Assembly (NCBI GenBank): GCA_038496445.1
Contig: JALMLS010000612.1
Span: forward strand, 744,001 to 808,000
Reading direction: 5' to 3'
DNA from: Trichosphaerium sp. ATCC 40318
Lineage: Eukaryota; Protista; Tubulinea
DNA length: 64,000 bases
Both the position numbers and the translations under genes were made by a program. A model generated the notes under the pieces. The model ran no database searches and was not told the origin of the DNA. It saw only the letters and a list, made by a program, of their open reading frames with translations. Below are positions 1 to 13,791 of this stretch, piece by piece; positions within the stretch are counted from its first letter, which is position 1, and the number at the start of each line of letters is the position of its first letter.

Positions 1-3000
1 TGGCGTAGGTATGTGTTAACAACCGAAAAAAAAAGTGGCGGGCTTTTATCGTTACTTTTTGGATTTGTTTGAAAAAACCGCAACGAATACTTTTTTCTTC
101 TGCAAAAAAATAACTTTCCTTCAGTTACATCAAATGGAATCAAGACGTATTCCCTTCAGGTGACCCACGGTCCCAGACTCTAGCAATACTAGAGCGTTGT
201 ACTGCGGAATTCCAAGATGAAGAGAAATATAAAAACGATAGAAGGTATCTTAAAACATGGTTTCAATACGTAAGTATACGCGATAAGGTTTATTATTACG
301 TTGTAACTAATAACTTTTGATTTTTTGTAGATTGACTTGAGCACTGAACAAAACCAGATTTTCAAGTTTATGGAGAACAAGCAGATCGCCACAAAGCGTG
401 CTATGTTTTATATTGGTATGTCACTACCGTTGAAGAACGTTAGAGGGCTTTTTGCTTATTCTTTATTCCAGGTTGGGGTAGAATGCTCGAATCCGTAGGA
501 TGTTATAAAAGAGCTGGAAAAGTACTTCAACAAGGCCTTGATCGTGGTGCTGAGCCAACAAAGAGTCTGGAAGAGTACTTTCTTGCATTTCATCAACGGA
601 CAGTTGACAGACCGCAAATGCCTGTACAGTCAAGTACACGAACGCCACTCGGTGCCTTAAGGTATTTTTGAACCTTGTCATTTCTTATGGTTGTAACTGA
701 TCGTTTGTTGTAGTTCTTCAAGGTCCCGAAGTGGTCTTGGTGTACGTGGAGGAACGTCACGTTCTGGACTTGGCAGATCGACTACAAAGCGAAAAGCAAA
801 CTCTAACGGATTTACCGTATACACAGACGATTCCGAAGATAAAGGATCGAGCCATCCATCAAAGAAACAAAGAAGAGATCTATCAAAAGGCCGTGAAGCG
901 TTCAAGCCTGTTTGGGGTACGTGCACGTTCATTTCGTACTTTTTTCTGATCAAACAAGAAAATCGTTTGTTTTCTTCTTTGAAATCATGTCTTTTTTATT
1001 CTTTGCGTCTTTTGCGTCTTTATTAGTGTTAAGTGTATTGTAGACTCCCTAGGAACGGAAAAAGATAGACTTAAGGAAAATACAGTTAACCCAAAACGAT
1101 GGTACGTAGTACTTCTTCAGTGCCCATGTGCTTTAAGTTGCTTCTTTTAACACCTTTTGATTTTAGGACTGAGACTCCACTTTCGATGAATGAACGTAAA
1201 ACAAAAACTGCTCCTACGCCTAAATTTTCTGTCTTTGTTGACCCTAAGACAAAACCGAAAAAAACAAAGAAGAGCTCAAAGAATTCTGGTAAACGTTCTT
1301 TTGATCAAATCAAGAGGGATTTATTAGAAAAGTACCTAACAATGGCAGAAATTAAAAAGCAAGGTAAGCAGCCAAACATCCAAAAAAAAAGTGCCAAAAG
1401 AGAAAGGCCTTTCAAAGATGAGTAGTCTTATTGATTGATGTCTTTTAGGTTATCGAATAAATCATACGAAAAGGACTGTAGAAAAAGCTTGCTATAATAT
1501 TGAACACAATGGCGAGACATACCAATTTGAGGAACTGTAGTACGTTATCTTGACACCACTTTGTTTTCAGGACAAAGTCCAAATAAATTCCTTCTTTATT
1601 CTCATTTCTATTTAGTGCTATGCATAAGGGTTATCCTCGTAGATTTCCACTTGATGACGAAGATGATGAACTACCATCGGATCAATCTGATATGGAGATC
1701 GACTCTGATGATGGTATGGACGATATGGATGGTGATGAAGAAGATGATGAGAACATTGCACCATCTCAATTCTCTAACATTCTAAAAAATGACATTGACG
1801 AGAATGCTCCGCCATCACGATTCTCACTTGTTGCTAATGATGAGAATGGAGACATTGATGAGAATACCCCTCCTTCACAATTCTCTACAAGAACTGAGAA
1901 ACCTTCTCTTTTCTCTTCCACACAATCAACAAACCTTCTCTCACCTCACCGAGAAAACGCACCTTTGTTTGGCAGTAACGCACTCAGTGCTTCTTTGCGT
2001 TCAAAGTTTGGTAACAACCTCTTACAACCTGCGTTGCAGCCGCTCTCAATACTTGTACGTCTATTATTCTATGTTATATTTAGTCCTAACTGAGTTTACT
2101 TGAAGGGTTCTGGTAATGGTAAGAAGCTTCAACCTTTGTCTGATGAGGAAGAAGTTTTTAACCCAGAAGACACAACAAATCAAAACATAACTATACACAC
2201 TAAAGAGGCTCTTGAGGATGTACTTGATATGTTTAATGCTGCAGATGAGACCAGAGATATTTCTCGCGAGCTTAACGTGCCATCTCATTCATTACGTAAC
2301 CCACTACAATTCAATGTGTTCGAGGTACACTTTTTTTCTTTCTTCGTTTTTAAGGTGTATGAAGTAGACTCACGTCAGTTTTAGGATACATCTGACCTCT
2401 CTACAGTACCTTCAGCTGGTAAACCAGCTCCTTTTACTGTCCACGAAGATGAGCCACAGGTACCATAGTTTTGCCTGTGGTTTAAGGTTGCTTAAAGACT
2501 ATTTAGGACAAAGAAAACTGTGATCCTCTTGCTTTGCAACAACTAAACCTTGCACCAAAGAGAAACAACAGCAATAAGGTCCTTCAACCGCTATCAGATG
2601 GATCTTTCCCTATTGAACCAAATAACGCACCAGATAAACTTGTACTCTCTGCTGGTAGCGATACAACATCACCAAACAAGACACCTGTAGCTTCTTTTGT
2701 CGTTCACCAAGATGAACCTTCTAAAAAGCCAGCTCCATTCGCTGTCTTCGAAGACTCGCCTCCTAAGAAGTCTGCCCCTTTCATAGTCTTTAATGATGCT
2801 CCTACAAAACCTAATGGATCATTCACGGTATTCGAAGATTCTAAACCGGCAACAAAGAAGGCACCTTTCACTGTATTTCAAGATGAGCCTGCTTCAAACA
2901 AAGGACTTTCTTTCAAAGTATTTGAAGACAATGCTCCTCAAAAAAGTCTCTTGAAACCACAACAAGGAGGTAAAGCACCTTTCACTGTATTTAGAGATGA

Positions 3001-6000
3001 TGATGTATCTCTTGCTCCTAAATCTATCGCACCATTCACTGTATACAACGATACGTACGTACAAAATTTTTTATTGTTGACAAGTTCTTCTTTCTTGTTA
3101 TTGAATTTTTTTTTTGTTTAGTGAAGACCTCTCGCGCCCTGTAACACGTGAAAACACAATAGTAGCTACGCCTACTAGAACTGGTTTATCGTCTGGCTCA
3201 GAGCCTTCACCCTTTGTAAATCCTACACCTACAAACAGGAGACCACCTTTGCCAATGCTTACTGTCAAACAACCTGTTTTCACAGATACTACAAATGTAC
3301 GTTATCATTTAACAATACCACCAGCCACTTACAATTCTTTTTCAGTCTGAGACTCTCAGTCCTGCACGTAACAACAACATTCCTCTCACACCACAAGCTC
3401 CAGAAACTCCAGAACCAAAGCAGCTTGAGTCAGCAGACAGTAAGTACCATACTTGAAATGATAAAGAATTTAACAAAAAAAATAGTTTCTACGCCGTCAA
3501 AGTTAATGGAAAGCTCTGAATATGATGGAACAAGTACACCTGTTTTACCTAAACTACCACCTACACAGAAACCAAAAGCTAGCTTCTTCACGTACGTTTG
3601 CTTTCTTCTTTTTTTTGGAAACGTTCTTCTTTTTTTCTGACTTTGTTTTCTTTACAGTCGCGCTATGTCCGTGAATACTAGAGAGTTTTTTGGTTTTGGT
3701 ACTCCTGTGGCACCACCAAAATCTTCTAAACAACAAGAACAAGAAGGAAAGGATCTTCAAGATGAAGAAGATGATGTAGCTTCAAAGGACCTAATGGATT
3801 TTGGAAACCTACATTCATTACCTCTTGATGCTCAATCCTCTGACGGCAAATCTGCACTCACCCCAGAAAAACCACAAAAACCGAAAGAGCCAGAAGCGCC
3901 TGAGCAGAAAGAAAAGCCAGTCGAACAAGCCCAACAAGTAGAACAAGCCGAACCAGCTGAACAAGTAGAACAAGTCGTACAAGTCGAAGTCGAACAAGTT
4001 GAACAAGTAGAAACAAAGACACCAGAACCTGTTGTAGAAGAAGATGAAGAGGTCGCTTTCAGCCCTGATGTAGAAGAGGATGTCTTGAAACAAGCTCAAT
4101 CTGATCTTCTACATATGACTGCCTCTAGAGACTCTGCTATGGATGATTTGAATGAACTTGCATCGAGTGATAAGTTATCTGATCCAGTAAAGAAAGAAGA
4201 AGAGGCTGAGTTGCCAAAAGATGAAGCAGCAGAAAGTATGGCTGATTTTATCGCTGAGCTTGAAGACTCGACACCTGAAAACTCTGCTGAAGTAAAGGAA
4301 GGAGCTATTAATCCATTAGACTTGCTAAGCGAGATTGGTGACTTGGAAGGATGTGATCTCGAAGAGCCTATTGAACTTTTCAATGGCGATGAAGACGCCG
4401 AAATGTTTGACATTGTCGCCGACGAAAAATCTCAACTTGACGCTGATGATGACGACGGCGATGATGATGAAGACGACAAGGGTGATGACAATGTTGTCGC
4501 TGGTTCTAGACCTTCTTTAGACTTTTTAATGGATATTGGTGACATGGAAGGAGTCAGGATGATGAACGAAGCTGCTTCAAGTTCACCAGAACGTTCTTCA
4601 TCTGTTGAACTTCTGAATGACCTTGGTGATTTCACGGCTGCTTTTGAAGCTTCCAGTTCTGTTCCTGAACCAGTCGAGGCTGTATCTGATCCTATGGATG
4701 TTGATGAACCTATTGTGGTACAAGAAGCACCTCTAGAGTTAAGAGAAGGCATCGAAACACCTTTTGGTACTCTTGGAAAATTAGTTGGTGAAGGATTATG
4801 GATTTTGTCTCCTGGTGTTTTATTAAAGGTAAAAATCAGTTGTACTCTTATTCTCAGTTATCTAACTTTTCCTACCTTATAGCTTGCAACTTCTTCTAGA
4901 GGAGAAAAAATGTACAAAATGATTAGTGAGCGTATTGAACCAACAAACGTGAGTTTTTGAGAATTTTCTTCTTATTATTTTTTTTTCTCTTCTTTAATGG
5001 TTTTGTTCTTGCTCGATATTAACTTCTTTGTAATAGCTATCAAACATTGCAAAGTATAATAATGCTTGCTCTTTCACAAACCAAACTTGGGCAAAGATTG
5101 ACGTTGACTCTGATGTCCCAGTTACCCTTAACGTACGAGTTCTGAAAAAAACCAGAAAACTTAAGTTGGGGTTTCTTTTTCTAAGTTTTTTGATAGGTTC
5201 TTCGGGATGTTAGAGGTAAATACCCACCTGAGGTGTTGACTATATTCCTTGCCATTGAAATGCTCAGAGTAATTGAAAGTTTCCATTCATCTGGATTTGT
5301 CCATGGTGCTATCACACCACGTAGCTTCCTTATGAAATACAAGACAGAGTATGTTGTTATACTATTTTAATTGACCTTGAATATGTTCCTGATTTGTTTA
5401 TTTTAGTGCTAAAGTTGGTACATGGGCAGTTGATAATGATGCTTGGCGTGTATGGGTGAGTATTTAAAAACTCTTTTTTTTTTCTTCTTTTTTTGTTTTA
5501 ACTCTTTTTTTAGGGCGTTATTTTGTCTAGTTTGGAACACGTGATTGATAAAAATAATGCTGAGCATTCTTCCATAAAATTACCTTCTAATGAACAATTT
5601 CCTCAGCTTGGTGACTGTAGAGGATTTCAGGTAAGCCAAGAACACTTTCAGACTTTTTTTTTCTCATTCTACAATTGCTGACATTTTCTGTTTCAAGCTC
5701 GATTTGTGGAGTATTTGCAGTGTTATTCACCACTTTTTGTATAAAAAACCAATGCAAGTTGCTAAAAAAGAAGACCGATGGCATGTTGCCCTTGAGAAGA
5801 AAACGTACGAACAATGATTTTCCTATTTTTTTCCTAAAGCGTTTTGGATTTTTTTTTTGTTTGGCTTGTTGATTGATTTCTCACATGTCTTCTTCAGGTT
5901 TTATCATTTGGTTCTATGGAACCCTCTATTTGATACTTTATTGAATGCATCAGGTGAAGATATGAGTGTATACAAGACTGGTAGAGCTATTTTGGAAGAT

Positions 6001-6090
6001 TACTTGGAGACTAATGCATCAAGCCGAAAAGGTCTTCAAAGAAGTCTAAAACAGTATTGTAAAGCAGCCCAAGACTTGGCGAAAATGTAA
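1..6090 (+). CDS. BUB1: MadBub (BUB1/BUBR1/Mad3 family) spindle checkpoint protein, 5'-partial, multi-exon, with degenerate kinase domain
   Basis: Spliced translation gives a Mad3/BUB1 TPR region (YIKWNQDVFPSG..LERCTAEFQDEEKYKNDRRYLKTWFQY), ABBA-KEN-ABBA (FTVYTD, LKENTVNPKRW, FSVFVD), GLEBS-like YQFEEL, CD1-like TIHTKEALEDVLDMF and a C-terminal BUB-type kinase fold; stop at 6088-6090. Confidence 0.9.
2310..3055 (+). repeat. Protein-level tandem array of ABBA-like motifs (APFTVFED consensus)
   Basis: FNVFE, FTVHED, FVVHQD, FAVFED, FIVFND, FTVFED, FTVFQD, FKVFED, FTVFRD, FTVYND. Confidence 0.85.
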
Positions 6091-6526
6091 ATTTTAAAAA
6101 GAAATATATAACACCTGAGATGATATAGCTTCATAAGAGGGTTACTTGTACAAGAGGGAATAAATAAATTGATAACATTACAAAAAAAAAAAGGGTCAGC
6201 AGCTTTATGTACAAAGTGCCAAACCATAATTCTGTGCGAGGCCTCGCATATTTAAACCAACGAAATGTATGTAAATATCTTGATGGCATCATTCTATCTT
6301 CTGAGTGTGAACAATATAAAAAATCTTTTAAGTGAAACATATCACTTTAAAAAGGCATAATGTGCAAAACAAATATTTCTCACTGAAGACCAACCAGACA
6401 GTTATTTTTTTCGTTCCAAAAGAAATAGTTTTTAAGAGTCAACAGGCGTTTATTTAAATTCTTGTTTCAGAAAACAGGTTTGTTGACAAAGGTTGTTTGT
6501 TTGCCTTGTATTTTTTTAATTTTTTT

Positions 6527-9513
6527 TTACTTTTTCCTTCCTCCTCTTTCTTTAACACCCAGATCAATAACCATACCATCTGTAGCATTATAAAAGGCTA
6601 AATTATTTGTATCCTTAAAGAATCCTAATCTTTCAACCTTAAGCTTCTGTTTGCTTACAGGCATATTATTTAATTTACTGGATATCATATTTTTCAATTC
6701 TCGAACAGAAGTTTCTAAAAAAACATTAATAAAAAAAACCAAACAACATTCCAATTCACAACGAATGAATGCATCAACAACAAAACAAAATGGAAAAAAA
6801 AAAAGAGTATTAAAAGGCTCATTCAACAAACGAAAAAAGATTATTTCTTCAGAAATTGATTCAAGATGATTTTAACTTAATTTTCTTGTTTTTGGCAATC
6901 GATTGCTACGTACGTATTGGTACTTTGATATCAATACCCTGACCATTTAGTAGCCATTCTGGATGATCTCCTGATTTAGGACAACGTATCGTCACCGTAA
7001 TATCACCCTTTCAAAACAAGTTAGAACCCAAAAAATAAAGTGAAGTCAACATCAAACAAAAAAAAACATACAGGATGTTCCTTGACCCAGTCCTCTGCTG
7101 AGGATAACTTATGTCCTGAGTCAATACGTTGCTTCTTTTGTGGCGGCTGTCCTTCAGCTGGTGGTTTTTCGTGCATCATTTGTTCTAATAAGAACGTTAA
7201 CTAACAACCATACAAGTACTTTAAAACAGAAAAATTAAACTTACGATGTGGCATCATCATTCCTGGAGGTGGTCCCTGCATTGGTGGTCCCTGAGGTGGG
7301 TAGAAACCCATTGGTCCTGGTGGATGCATACCCATACCTGGTGGAGGCATCATACCCATACCAGGAGGTGGTCCAAAATTACCAGGAGCTAAATACCAGT
7401 AAGTCAACGCTAAAAGCTCAAAAACACAAAAGCCATACGTGGTCCTCTGTAACCCATAGGTGGTCCTTGAGGTGGTGGATAACCCATAGGAGGTGGTCCT
7501 CTCATCTGAGGTGGTGGCGGTTGCATACGCATTTGATGCTGTGGTGGGACTTGCATAGGTGGAGGTGCTCGCATTTGAGGAGGAGGTGGTTGTTGATCCT
7601 CAGCTCTTGTTGTCTGAAAAGGAATAAATATTTCAAACTTACAATGCTTCAGAGGCGTACGTATGCGAGTTGTGTAGTTTCTGCTATGGAACTAGTATGT
7701 CCATCCCATATAACCTTCTTAGATCCATCTTCGTCTCTCTTCATTTTCTATTGGAGGTTGGTTAAACTCATGAACAAGTTGGTGATATAAATCAATGTAT
7801 TTACCTCAGTAGTATCACCAAAGATATCCTCACGTTGTGAGGCAAAGTCCTTTAATACTCTAGCCATCTCTTCGCCAGATGCCAGATTATCTGTATAAGC
7901 ACCTGTGGCTACTTTCTTCTTCGCCTCAGGGTTTGAAAGAACAATTTTCATGTGTTCAGATAACCTCTCGTCCTGGATCACCCTACCTATTTAACAACCA
8001 GTTAATATAACATCTCTCAATCTCTTTTTTTTTTTCACGAACCACATACCTTTGAATTGATATTGTACAGTCTCACTCTGTTCAGGACCGTGTCTTTGAC
8101 GTGGATCGAAATTTTTACGAATAGGCAAAGCCTTTGTAAGATCTGTTACAGCTTCAACTTCCATGTCTATTAAAAAAGGTTGTTAAGACATGTGGTCAGT
8201 TAAGTGTCCTCGTACCACTAGTGTCCATGTCAACATCCATATCATCTGATGCTTTTTCTGGTTCTGGAGCAGGTGCTGCCTTTGGAGCAGGAACATTTGT
8301 AGGTTCTGTATCATCAAAACTAATCGTCTCAACAATTTTGAAGTCTTGCCAATCAATTTGCGACATGAGCTGCCTAGAACACTTATAAGAACATGATATT
8401 AAATATTTACTATAAGGAGAATAATGTACATAGCAAAAACGAAATAAAAAAACTCTTTCAAAGTCACGTGAATCAAAGAAAAAAAAAAAGAAAAAAATTC
8501 CAATAAAAACCAAAAAAGACGTACTTTTCTCTTTCTTTAGCTTCATGTATCTCCAGTGCATTTCTTTGTTGATTACGCTCCCAATTAACACGCTTCATAA
8601 CACGATTAATAACAGCTGTTTTATCTGATACTGATTGAGCAAGAGTTTGCTCAATATTCCGAGGTGGCATCATGACACTTTTGTAACTTGATACTAACTT
8701 TGCAAAATAATTGTGTAATGGATGCCCAGCTTTAAGAAATTCAAACTGTGGGTTCTTATATTCCCTATCCATCAAACCAGTATGAAATGGTACGCCATTC
8801 TTTGCTACAAACTGAGCTGCGAGTTTTATAATATCAAGCTCTAAAGCAGTGACCGGTGGCGTCTTTACAGTCCATCTAAAGTCTTCTGGCTTCTCTACAG
8901 TAGTGTCAGGAACGTCAGTAAACTGTATGTACAATAAAACGACGCTTTCCCAGGCGTAACGCCGTTGGAAACACGTTTCTTTTTTAGCGGTTATCACCGT
9001 TTAAACAGGTTAGCGTACCAAGTATAACTCTTGGTCCAGATGGCTTGACTGGCTTCTTTCCGCGTTTCCTTGTGATTGGAATATCTTCGTCGTCGTAATC
9101 ACCCAGTAAGCGTTTTTTTAATCTGAGTTTGTCTCTGGCTGCTGTTTCTGCGGCTTTGTCTTCAGGATCAGCCAAACCTTTTGCAACGCGCACTTCTTTC
9201 ACTTTTTGTTTGTAATAAGCGTAAAATGGGTTGCCAACCTTCATAAACGCGAATCTAGGGTTATTGTGTTCATTCTTCAAGATTTTAGATTCGAAGCCCA
9301 CACCATTTTCCGCCACGAACTCAGCTGTTTTGTCGATGATTTCTAGCGAGTTATAGAACAAAAATGGCAAATATGAAAAAGACGTGTAAATTCCACAGGG
9401 TAGTGGAGTTAATGAAGCGCTAGGATACTTTTGGCATCAGGGGTAGGCTCAATGATGCCAGATGGTCTACCACCTGCCGCTGTCGTAAATGATGATCCTG
9501 GTACGACAGACAT
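6527..9513 (-). CDS. SF3A1: Splicing factor 3A subunit 1 (Prp21/SAP114), multi-exon
   Basis: Two SURP domains (IIDKTAEFVAENGVGFE; IIKLAAQFVAKNG), IDWQDFKIVETI, Pro-rich region, C-terminal ubiquitin-like domain ending LGVKERGGRKK. Confidence 0.95.
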
Positions 9514-10116
9514 GTGTTTACAAGTGCATTTAACAACCGAAAGAGCGAAGGCAAAAATATTTCGCGTTTGACTGCCAAATGCTTCTTTGACATTCTGAAA
9601 TCATTTTTCAATACGGAGTGTACTGCAAACGCCTTTGTATTTGATATTGGGCAGTAACGCTGAATTTAGGCCGAAGCGTTTTACAAAATTTTAAAGATTA
9701 ACTGGTACATGCTATGAGTGGGCTTATTTCACAATTAAGAAGTAAAGGTGGGCGTATATACACCAATCTTGCTACTTTAACGCAACTTTAGGTGTTCTAC
9801 CGTTGTTTGCGTTTGGTATTGTGCTCGCAGTAGGCCCATGCGTACTTTTAATGAAAGATGGTACGTTTTGAATTCATTGCATCGAAATGACAGAATAAAG
9901 GTGTACAAGACTACATGGCACAGCAAGACAGACGCTTTGATGATGCTGTACGCTCAAATGGACAACATTTTTATCTTTGACATATCGTAAAGTATTAACA
10001 AACAATAGTTTACAGAAGCACAAGAAAGACATGATCAAAAACGACAAAACAGAGCCAACCATGAACATAGATTATAAAATAATATTCCAAAAAAAAGTAT
10101 TTATTATTTTACTTTT

Positions 10117-11168
10117 TTAAGCTTTACCCTGGTTAGCTACGGCTTGTTCAGCTGCTTTTACAGTTGCTTCATCAGCAAGGTAGTAATGTTTTACTGGCTT
10201 CAAGTCTTTATCCAATTCGTAAACGAGAGGAATACCAGTTGGGATATTAAGGCCGACAATGTCCTACAAAGAATATTAGACCGAAGACTTTCCAAATAAT
10301 TGTTTGAGTCGCACCTTTTCGCTGACGTTGTCAAGGAATTTTACAAGAGCGCGTAGGGAGTTACCATGAGCAGCAATCAATACTTTTTTACCACTCTTAA
10401 CTAGAGGAGCAATTTCTTCCTCCCACAAAGGCATGAAACGTGCAACAGTATCCTATTTTAACACTTAGAGACTATGAGAGATTTTTGTAGATTTAAAAGC
10501 ACCTTCAAACATTCTGCTTTTGGGAGTTGCTCTGGTGTGAGGTCTGAGTATCTTGCGTCTTTTCCTGGGTAACGTTCGTCATCCTATAACGCACATTGTG
10601 AGTTGCAAAGCAATGATATTTATTGCTTTGGTTTTATCTTTACCTCAGTAAGAGAAGGTGGAGGAACATCGTATGAGCGTCTCCATGTCAAGACCTTTTA
10701 TTGTATGAGTAACTGTATTGATTGCTTTTACTTGGTGACACTTTGTGCACTGTTCCCAATAAAATGAAATGTAACTTTGTCGTACCTGAGCGTCTCCGTG
10801 TTTTTCAGCGGTCTCCTTTTTGTTCAAACCTTGTAGAGCACCGTAGTGTCGCTCGTTGAGTCTCCAACGGCGGTTTACAGGTAGCCAGCATTGATCGAGT
10901 TCTTCAAGAACTAGCCATAGGGTTTTGATCGCACGCTTGAGCACAGAAGTGTAGGCGACATCAAAGGAATAACCATTGTCTTTTAAGAGTTTGCCACCAA
11001 CTTTGGCTTCTTTTACGCCTTCATATACCGTAAGGATTATAATATTGCAAGTATAGCATTACCTTGCTCTGTAAGATCGACGTCAGTCCAACCTGTGAAC
11101 TGGTTAGATTTATTCCACTCAGATTCACCGTGTCTAACAACAACAAGTTTGTATACAGCTTCAGACAT
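10117..11168 (-). CDS. PGAM: 2,3-bisphosphoglycerate-dependent phosphoglycerate mutase, multi-exon
   Basis: [59 protein letters not shown]-terminal VANQGKA. Confidence 0.97.
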
Positions 11169-11271
11169 TTTAGTATGCGTACAATACTAATATTTGACCA
11201 TTTACGTTTTTCTTAGGCGGTTTTTTTTTCGTTTAGTATTTGGACAGTGTCAAACAAGACTACAGTTCAAC

Positions 11272-11807
11272 ATGTACGTTATTGACATAGGATTGTACAC
11301 CTTTGTTCTACTTGGGTGTTGCATAGCAGGAATGATGTTTTGGGACCCTATAACCGTCGCAAAGCCTTATAACAGAGTAGAGTATACGGGTACGCACTAT
11401 TACTTTGTAAATATTTAAACTGACACAGGCGCTGAGTGTTTGGAATCTGAGTACTCAGAGTTCGTTAATAGAGTTATTGTTGGATACCTCCTCACTACTC
11501 TAACTGTATTACACCTTTACGCAGCTATTCGAACTGATATGGACTTGAAACGCTTCGCTATGCGTGTACGTATATGATACTACGCTTAAAACCTTAAAGA
11601 ATCAACACGATTAATGATTTCAAGGTAACTGGACTTCTTGGTGTCATGCAGCTGTCAATAATGTATTATCACCAAAATCTTTTTAATACTACAGGTCTCA
11701 CAGCCAACGGTTGCACGTGGGGCTTCTTTGTGCTTAGTGGAGCTGTCTTTGGATTTCTGCCTGATGGAAAAGCGCATGTAAAGAGAACAATAAACAAGTT
11801 GAACTGA
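11272..11807 (+). CDS. Small multi-pass membrane protein, unknown function (3 exons)
   Basis: Open frame across two GTACG..AG introns; about 4 hydrophobic segments; basic tail KRTINKLN. Confidence 0.65.
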
Positions 11808-11998
11808 GTTATATACGCAGCTAACTCTTAGAAATTTGTGACATTGTTATTACCCTGTTCGTACAGTTGTAACACTCCATCGATTGAATACGCACGTGAA
11901 ATCCCATTCTTATTTTACTCACGCGCACAAGTGCGACTTGTAAGGCAAAAATAACTAAACTTAATTGCAATTGTATTTTTTTTGTGTAGAGACAAAAG

Positions 11999-13440
11999 AT
12001 GGATACTACTGCTCTTTTCTCTCCAATTAATGTTCTGCCGCCAGAAATACTAACTTACATCTTGGAAATGGCCTGCCTGCAATGTAAAACGCGCGTGAGC
12101 ATGCTAAATAGTAGTTGGCAGACGTGTGTAATGAGCAATGCCAACTTTAAGGTGCACAATAACTGTTTATAGCACTAACAGCTCTGAAGCGAGATATTAT
12201 GAATAAACAACCGCCAACAGTTATATTTGACATAGCAGAGCACGAAAAACCTCCACGAGGTGAAGTATATGGACTTGTGGTAGGCCACGGCAAGGTGAGA
12301 TTGTAGTCTGCGCCGTTTTGCAACTTGGCATTTTTATGTAACGCATTTCGTATCCTTTCATGGTTGGTGAACACCAGTACCCTTGGTGTACCCTCACTAG
12401 TCACTGTTCATGACACCAAATGAAGAAATGGGTGTACTTGTTACTGATTGGGCGGGTGTTAAATCCTATCTGAAAACAAGTTTTCTATTGTATTTTTAGT
12501 TAATTCTATTTTTAGCTGTTCATCACAACCAAGAACTTTACGACAAAGAAATTCAGGGTACCTTGATAGTTTTTATTATCTAAGACACAAAGATATCTAA
12601 CTTTGGTAGATATATCAATTAACAATACCAGTTGATGGTAGTGAAGACACATGGTGTAAACCTGAAGTCATTTTGAAAAAAGATGAGAAGCGTGTTTTTG
12701 CTGTAATTCAATTGAATGTTAATGCTTTCGTTTTCCGAACAAATTCCTTTCTACACTTTCGTAGTAAACGTTTCTCATTAATGATGGACATGAGAAAAAA
12801 GAAGGCAAAATGGACAAAAACCAAAGAGTTTTCTGTTCGGATGTGTCATGTAGCTGACAAAGATTATCCCGATGCAATCGCCATGCATAACCATGATAAT
12901 AACAGACTTGATTTATATGATCCAAAAAAGGATCAAATTCTCAAGGTGCGAAGTGGAAGAGAATCCAAAAAGAAATAAAACAACTTACAAACATTCTTCT
13001 TTTTCACACTTCTTTAGAGTTTACCAGTTCCTATGTTCATAGTCCCAGATACAGATTTTGTATACATAGGCGGCACTGAACAACAGCACTTCTTTTTTGA
13101 TGGGTTTGTCTTGGTGAGATACAATAATGGAATAGAGGAAAGATTTGATGTGGTTCCAAACATTGAAAGTATTGCTTGCTTGGGTAATAATGTTGTTGTG
13201 TACAAAGACCGCAATAGCATTATATTTACCAAAACAGTAAAAGATAATTTGCAAGAGTTTCACGTGATTGATGTGTCTAGCAGATTCATTGCATACTCAA
13301 ACTGTATGAGATACAAACTATCAAGTTTCTTGTTTTTTTCACAATTTCTTTGCTGATTCTGATTGTTGTATTTTAGCATGGTGTTACTATGAGCACAAAG
13401 GTAAAATTTTAAGAAAGAGGTGTATACTACCACAATATGA
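11999..13440 (+). CDS. F-box domain protein, multi-exon (3' end approximate)
   Basis: N-terminal INVLPPEILTYILEMA..VSMLNSSWQ F-box motif; downstream exons match ORFs 12673-12978 and 13033-13356. Confidence 0.7.
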
Positions 13441-13791
13441 ACACAAATACAAAGATACATCGTTTCGAAACATGTAGAGAAACACAGAAAAAAGTAAAAA
13501 AAGTTTAAGACTAGTTGTAATTCAATCGTTTATTTTTACCAAAGAAGAAGTCAGTACAACAACACCAAAACCTTATTTATCATTGACGATCACGTTCTTG
13601 TGATTGTTTCATATCCATAATGAGCGCTGTTTTCACCTCATTTTTGTACATGAGGCGCGGCCAATTGAGACTTTTGAGAAGGCCACCGCAGGTTCAGATA
13701 CACTTCGTTGGGTTGTGTACACAAGTGACTGTTGTTATTTCAGCGAATGGAAGGTCAGTTTAACGCAATTGAGTGTTACCACCAAGTCAGC

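Noticed and set aside
12350-12358. Perfect U12 donor GTATCCTTT in the F-box gene
   Set aside because: Falls inside a predicted U2 intron; no matching branch site or frame support
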